A stretch of DNA of 57,003 nucleotides, the filler included, from Platydemus manokwari (Eukaryota), in assembly GCA_037951405.1 (NCBI GenBank). It is 6 parts of 6 records of this genome, joined end to end, with 100 filler letters (N's around TTAATTAATTAA, not from the genome) between each part and the next. Parts side by side here need not be neighbours in the genome. Positions count along the whole stretch, not along the records: positions 47,931 to 57,003 come from JBBMOY011303873.1; 5 more parts are not named here. The stretch is one strand, 5' to 3'. Under the pieces are notes generated by a model that searched no databases, was not told where the DNA came from, and worked only from the letters and a program-made list of their open reading frames with translations. Made by a program: the position numbers and the translations under genes. This document shows, in pieces, positions 51,201 to 57,003 of this stretch (positions are counted from its first letter, which is position 1; each line of letters begins with the position of its first letter).

Positions 51201-53786
51201 AAACAGAAGATTTTTGCTAATTTATTTTAAAAGATTCAAGGAACAATATCCAGAATTTGATAATTTTAAGAATCTGCTTGTGAATCGAATACATACATAC
51301 ATAAACAATTTAAATAATAAAGTTAAAGCTAAAATTACTATTAGATTATAATAAAAAATAACATAATAATTGTTTATTATCAAAAAGCAATAACGATGTA
51401 AACGATTTAACTCAAATGAGTCGAATAATGTCGGTAGTCACAAATGGGTCATTGGGTCATTATTAACTTCTCATTTTCTGTTTCTAATTCAATATTCTGA
51501 TAAATTAATTGTTTTTCGTTCATTTCACTTTCACCCTATTATGTGGCATTAATGATGACAGGATTTTTTTTACCAGATGGTACGTTTTCCTCAACCGTGC
51601 CGAGCTTTTTCAGTAACATTTAAGAAATTTCTACTTTTTATAGTTCATTTATGTTTTGGTTTTTTATACATTCGCTGATAATCTCGATGAGTTTGATAAT
51701 TTGTGGCAAAATATTTACTTAAAATACTAACAAATAACCAACGTGAAAACAATATTATAATTTCGTAATAGACACAGCATAAATAAATAGTATGACAGAC
51801 ACTCCAAGGTATGCTAACATATGTTTCAAATGTAGATATTGTAAAATAGACTCGAGAATAATTTAAGAATTAACGGGACAATATTGTGACTGACAATTTT
51901 AATTATCTGCAAAGTGTAAAAATGATCCATAATCATTTCGTAGAAGTTATTTATTTTTCAGATCTTTTAAATAAACTTATTGAAAGGCGGTTTCAGGAAT
52001 AACTGAATTGATTTCAATGCAAAATTAACTAATTTAATATAAATTTCATTGTTTTAATTACAGCGGGTAAAATGATATTCATTCATATCATGAAATGGGA
52101 ATAAAAATATGTATGGTATAATATTAAAAAGGAAATATCAAATGTCAAAGAAAATTCCCCTTAATATTAGATCATTGATTTTTACTTTAACAAGTTTTGA
52201 CTTCATCAACCGTATTTATCCACTGAAACTGAAAATATTTCGACATTAAATTGCCATACATTATTTCGTATTAAGGTGAATAATTTCCAAACAAAATATA
52301 TGAATACAAATTTAATATCTAAAAAACCAAAATCAATATATGATATTACGTCATCATTGTCTGTGGGACAACTGTTTTCACAAATGGAATAGCTCCCAAT
52401 TTTTGAAGCACTTGAATAAGAACACAACTTTCTGTAACTTTCGGTTTGCCAAGAAAAGAGGAGCATCCAAGATAAGTTTGATAGCCCTAACAACAAATAT
52501 TTCACGACAAATCTGATCAATGATGAAAATTCAAAGCTTAAAATTATCTTTGTAAGCCAAATAATATATAAATCAATAAATTAATAGATATGTAAAACTC
52601 ATGGTTATTATTAAAAACTATATCCGTGATGTTGGATGTGCATTAAAACAAAAAAAACAATTAATAATATCAGCTATTTGAAACCTTGTATTAAAAAAAT
52701 GTAATTATAAAAATAAACAAAATCATATAAAATAATAATAATATTGGTAATTATATATTTTATAGAAATTCTCGTTATAATTCAAAGTTATTACAAGGTT
52801 TATAAAATGAAAATGATGAAAATTCTTTTAAGAAAACTCATATCTTTATTCTACTTATTTAAATCCCATGCTCTGTTAAAACGAGTCTTAATATTCTTGT
52901 CGATATTTCCTGGAAATAATTAATAATAATATCATCCAACCTAAATTCATCAGCCTGTTATATCAAATATTATCAGAATTAATGCTATGATTGGATTCTA
53001 ATCATTAATAAATTCTATACACAACATTTCATCGACGGAGAACATTTTTATCGACATTAATCTAATACAATTTAAGAAAATTACTTTGAAGATTACCCCC
53101 TCCTTCAAATAATAACTAATTCCACCAAATGAATTCTTAATACGATGTTAATTGATAACAATATTATTGATATTAAATGATTTAATTGACAATTAAATGA
53201 AATCGAACTTTCAACGACAGATTGTCCTTCACACTTATCGGAACACCAGCAAAAGGCCCACTCAAATCGACATCTGAAATCTGAAATGTAATTATCAAGA
53301 CGATTTTATTTACCAATCAAATTAACCAACATCTAATTTCAAAAATTCGATGATGCAATTTAATCTATGATCACAAAATAATGCCTAAAAATAAATAAGG
53401 AAAAACTAGAAAATAATATTCATACTTGTTGTTGATAAAGATTAAATACTTTTTTATAGTTTACTGCATCTTGCTTGAGAAAAACTATTAATTCTTCCAT
53501 GCTCATGTTTAGAATATTAATATCCTCAGTAATCTGGTCATATAATAAATAATAAAAACAAAAGTTTTATCCTGACGTTTACTTTTGATACATCACTAGA
53601 GTTATTAATTGAAATTTTTTGAGCCATCTTGGCCTTTTGCTTATCTTTTCTTAATTTCATAAGATAATGTCTTTTCTGATATGATCTCCAATATTCTCTT
53701 ACATAAACCCCACCAACAGACACAATAATAATTGCAGTAAATATACATTTCGTTGGAATTTTGGAATCAGACAAAATGCTTAACAT
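48275..53786 (-). CDS. FAAH: Fatty-acid amide hydrolase 1-like (amidase signature family); exons 53786-53583, 53533-53426, 53384-53331, 53280-53209, 52486-52350, 51054-50848, 50803-50766, 50715-50588, 49748-49626, 49579-49376, (uncertain micro-exon ~49275-49251), 48779-48432, 48388-48275
   Basis: N-terminal TM helix; GPFAGVPISVKD (catalytic Lys); GAIPFVKTVVPQTM; GGSSSGEGAL and GTDIGGSVRIPAAFCG (cis-Ser and nucleophile Ser); WNLVNFPAGTIPV; GLSVSVQCIALPWNEELCLNLMREVE*. The firm exon junctions are GT-AG and phase-compatible. Confidence 0.93.
50079..50116. repeat. Compound (CACAGACA)3-(TA)n microsatellite in FAAH intron
   Basis: CACACAGACACACAGACACACAGACACATATATATATA read directly. Confidence 0.85.
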
Positions 53787-54542
53787 TATGCAAAAACTAC
53801 AAATATCATTTCGAAATTGAAAACTTGTCAATATATACCTGGAAAAAAATATTAACTAAAAACTGACTTAAGTTTGCTAAAGATTCGTATACTCCGCCTA
53901 GTTGATAATTTTAAATAATTACCTAATAATTAAGCAAAATCCATAAAGTACCATTTTAAAAACAAAACGTTTAAAAGTTCGAATTAAAAAAATTAAAGTT
54001 TATTTAAAAAATTAAGTGTTTAATTATTATATAATTATATAATTTGAATTATTATATAATTCAGAAGTATAAATATTGAAATTAAAATTTGAAAAAATAA
54101 GGATGAATTCAATTAATAATCCCTTGTTTAATTTCACCTTAAAAGAATATCCGTCCATCGTTTGACATTGATTATTAATAATTTATTTCTATAAAAATCT
54201 CTAGAAATTTTTAAAATATAGTTTTTTTAGAATTTTTATTCGAGAAAACCAGTTTTATGGTAGCATGGCCAGACTTACGCATTAAAACGAGATTTGAAAT
54301 GCAATATTTCAAGGTTAGATTCCATGTCGATTTAAGATACCAAGCTGCAAATGTTTGTCCAAAGTGTGGAGTGCATCGGAATTCATTCAAAAACTATTAT
54401 CAAAAATCTTGAAATAAGGTCTAAAATTATGTACACAATTATATACACTCCAAGTAGTCAATCATATATATCCAAATAACACTTTTGTGACTGAACATTA
54501 ACTTTTTATAAAATCATTCTTGCTAAATGAACAGACGTCATA

Positions 54543-54730
54543 ATACAACTATATAAAGGCCCATATGCAGTTTGTGATACAACCTCAACAAACTTGAAAA
54601 TAAAACTGGTAAAGGGGAAAAATGCCGAAACTATTGTGGTGCACGTTAATCGATGTAAAAAAGTGTCTGAAGTAGATGATCATCAATATCCGTTGCGTGG
54701 TAAGTCATAAGTGAGAGGTAATGTGACGAC
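54543..54730 (+). mobile_element. Ty3/Gypsy integrase C-terminus (GPY/F), purine-rich tract and start of a 3' LTR
   Basis: IQLYKGPYAVCD...IVVHVNRCKK...QYPLRGKS*, then GTGAGAGGTAA and TGTGAC at 54722. Confidence 0.75.
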
Positions 54731-55499
54731 ACGAGCAGGCACTGCAAGCGGATTCTGCAGCTTATTATTTTTCACATGTTTTATAATTTTATTTAATATT
54801 GACTACATAATAGCTACAACGAATGACAATCTAGAACACCTTACAGAGCAAGAGACAACAAACATCTAACCAGAAACTAAGACGTCAGAAAGAAAGCCAA
54901 ACATGTCTATCATTGGATTCTGTGACAGAATTCAGAGTATATATGATAGTCACAATTTTAAAGTATATGAAGAAGACATGGTCGTCAGTCAGATAACCAT
55001 AAAGATGGAACGAAAAAGGGACAAGAACAAAATAGAGAGGGCACATAAACTGTGAATTGTATTGTGATACAATGATTGGATTGTGGATGAGAAATTAATT
55101 TCATTCATTTTATATATAATTACTGGTATGTTACTTTAAGAAATAATAAAGGCAATTTAGTTTAAAACCTTTTGGAAACACTGTTGGTGTTTTGATTTTC
55201 AAAATCTTAATTTTTATTAAATGAACTATAATAATTAGAAATTAGACCTCTCACAAAACCAGGTATCTGTTTAACAGTCCTATAATAAATTTAGTATGAC
55301 AAAACCCAATTGAAAATTATTAAAAGTACTAGCTATATCTATATAATATAGCAATTGATAATAATTTTAGATGAATTAAAGCATATTAGGATACAATCAA
55401 CAATAATAATGAATAATAAACAGTTGATATTATGTCAACGCTGATTACTTTATAGTATTTCGTACACTGGGTAATAGCTTCAAGAATTTTGCTAATCAC

Positions 55500-56455
55500 A
55501 TCGGCAATATAAAACCACCCTATAATTTTGAATAAATCTGTAATCTGATAAAATTAATTTCAAAGGTGCTTACTAAAATTTCAACTCATTGCTCGTTTTC
55601 AAACATCAATAGAGTTTATGTCAGGTAGACAATTCTAAAGCTTTTAATAACAATCTCTAAACCTAGTAATCCATGACATTTAAGTCTGAACTTTTAGAGA
55701 GTCAATCTTCCGGTTCAATGAATTGCAGAAGAAATTAAACTGAAGCCGTTTCTGAGTGAGCCCTAACACCATTCTGCTGCCAAATCCATATTTGGTCGTC
55801 CAATACATTTCGTATAGTGCTGAATATCGGTGGACACATTTATTGACAATAAACTTGTTTTATTATTGTTTTTATTCAAGAAATCGAAGCTCCGTTTTGC
55901 CATACCATGAAACTGCAGCATAAAAAAGAACAGGTGGCTGTAAAATTGCCATATTCCAAATCTTTCTCAGTTATGTCAGTTTCACAGGCACTTATCGATA
56001 AATGCTGTCATTTTATGTATTCAAAAGCGGTCGCAATGAAAACCTTTCTTTATCCGAAAACCATACTCAGTGCAAGCGACTTATTTTGCGCATTTTCTGA
56101 CGTCGCTCACTAAAGAGATTACATTTTATTCGACGATAGCATTACAGTTCATTTTCTTTAAAAATTTCATACACTGATTCGATATATTGAGATGTCAAGC
56201 GATTTCTCGCTTTCTGAAAAGGCGACTGTTCATTGCACGTGCCTCGTCCGAAATTCGTTTATTTGAACCCGTTCCTTTTTGGCGTGTACCAACTATTTCA
56301 GGACCTTCTCGTTTCAAAGTTGCAACAACATTGTTAAACTGATGCCTTGTAATTTTGTCAGTCCTCAAGTCGGATTTTCACTTATGAAAAGAATAATCAC
56401 TTGCCTTTAAAAGCTGTTTCCTATTTTCTTCCTCGAAGTAGGTATCAAATAGAAT
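55500..56455 (-). mobile_element. Decayed Tc1/mariner-superfamily transposase
   Basis: WIWQQNGVRAH (from QQDGAxAH, ~55790-55757) followed by ED*LSKSSDLNVMDY*V (from WPxxSPDLNxxDY, ~55710-55660); many stops and frameshifts. Confidence 0.75.
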
Positions 56456-56914
56456 CTAAAATAAATTAAAATAAAAATGAGTAAACACGCATTTTATTCA
56501 TGATCTCATATGAACATCTATGAGTGTAATATAACATATGCATTTAAAAATTTTTGCAAAAGTTATTATTTGTAAAAATCATTAGCAGTTTGACAATTTA
56601 TTCGCTTTTCTAGCAACTGTTTTGCAATATTTTATTTGATTCATCTTTATTTTACCGGTATAATAATCTGTTGCCTGTTCATGATTTTTTCATTTTTTTA
56701 CTATTTTTTTAAAAAATATTCATAAGGCTTTCTTCTTCTTTCATCAGTCTTCGTAAAAGTGCGATAATTACTGATTTCCAGTGCGTTCTATCAATGAATT
56801 ACTCTGTTATTTTCTTTATTAGGTTTATTGACTATTTTTTACTTGACCATGTTTTCTGCATATCACTTGATCTTAATTTCTAATTTTATAGAATTCTTAC
56901 AGAATAAAATGAAA

Positions 56915-57003
56915 CAAAACAGTCAACAAGCTCAGCCTCATCCTCAACAATATCATCTCTATATCAACAGATAAAGCCTCAATCAAGCTCAGCCTCATCC
57001 TCA
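56915..57003 (+). repeat. Dispersed repeat (copy of 25625-25710) with internal duplication, truncated by window end
   Basis: CAAGCTCAGCCTCATCCTCA occurs twice within this copy. Confidence 0.85.

Noticed and set aside
1-57003. tRNA, rRNA or CRISPR arrays
   Set aside because: None recognised by eye; a tRNAscan-SE/Infernal run would be needed to exclude degenerate copies.

Overview
AT-rich eukaryotic (metazoan) DNA. The 41-57 nt minimal introns and the gene and transposon content suggest a flatworm such as a planarian, but that assignment is inference. The window is six ~9-10 kb contigs joined by identical artificial 100-nt linkers (44 N + TTAATTAATTAA + 44 N), so adjacency across linkers means nothing. 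Genes reconstructed by hand from splice sites: (1) a tandem multi-ubiquitin-like (UBL) gene at 4806-6725 with one divergent UBL domain per exon, 46-57 nt phase-2 introns at the R74-equivalent codon, no K48/K63 equivalents and no canonical di-Gly linkers, plus an orphan UBL exon (335-562) and an inverted two-exon UBL pseudogene (1388-1830); (2) the 3' part of CHFR (Cys-rich domain + PBZ); (3) an intronless SLC26/SulP anion transporter; (4) the 3' part of sulfite oxidase; (5) a near-complete FAAH-type amidase on the minus strand. The rest is mostly decayed transposons (LTR/Gypsy, LINE RT, Merlin, Tc1/mariner), including a DEDDh-exonuclease remnant next to an LTR-like element. The best candidate for an undescribed system is the exon-modular UBL array: a genetically encoded, apparently non-conjugatable linear polyubiquitin mimic whose domain number could be set by splicing.
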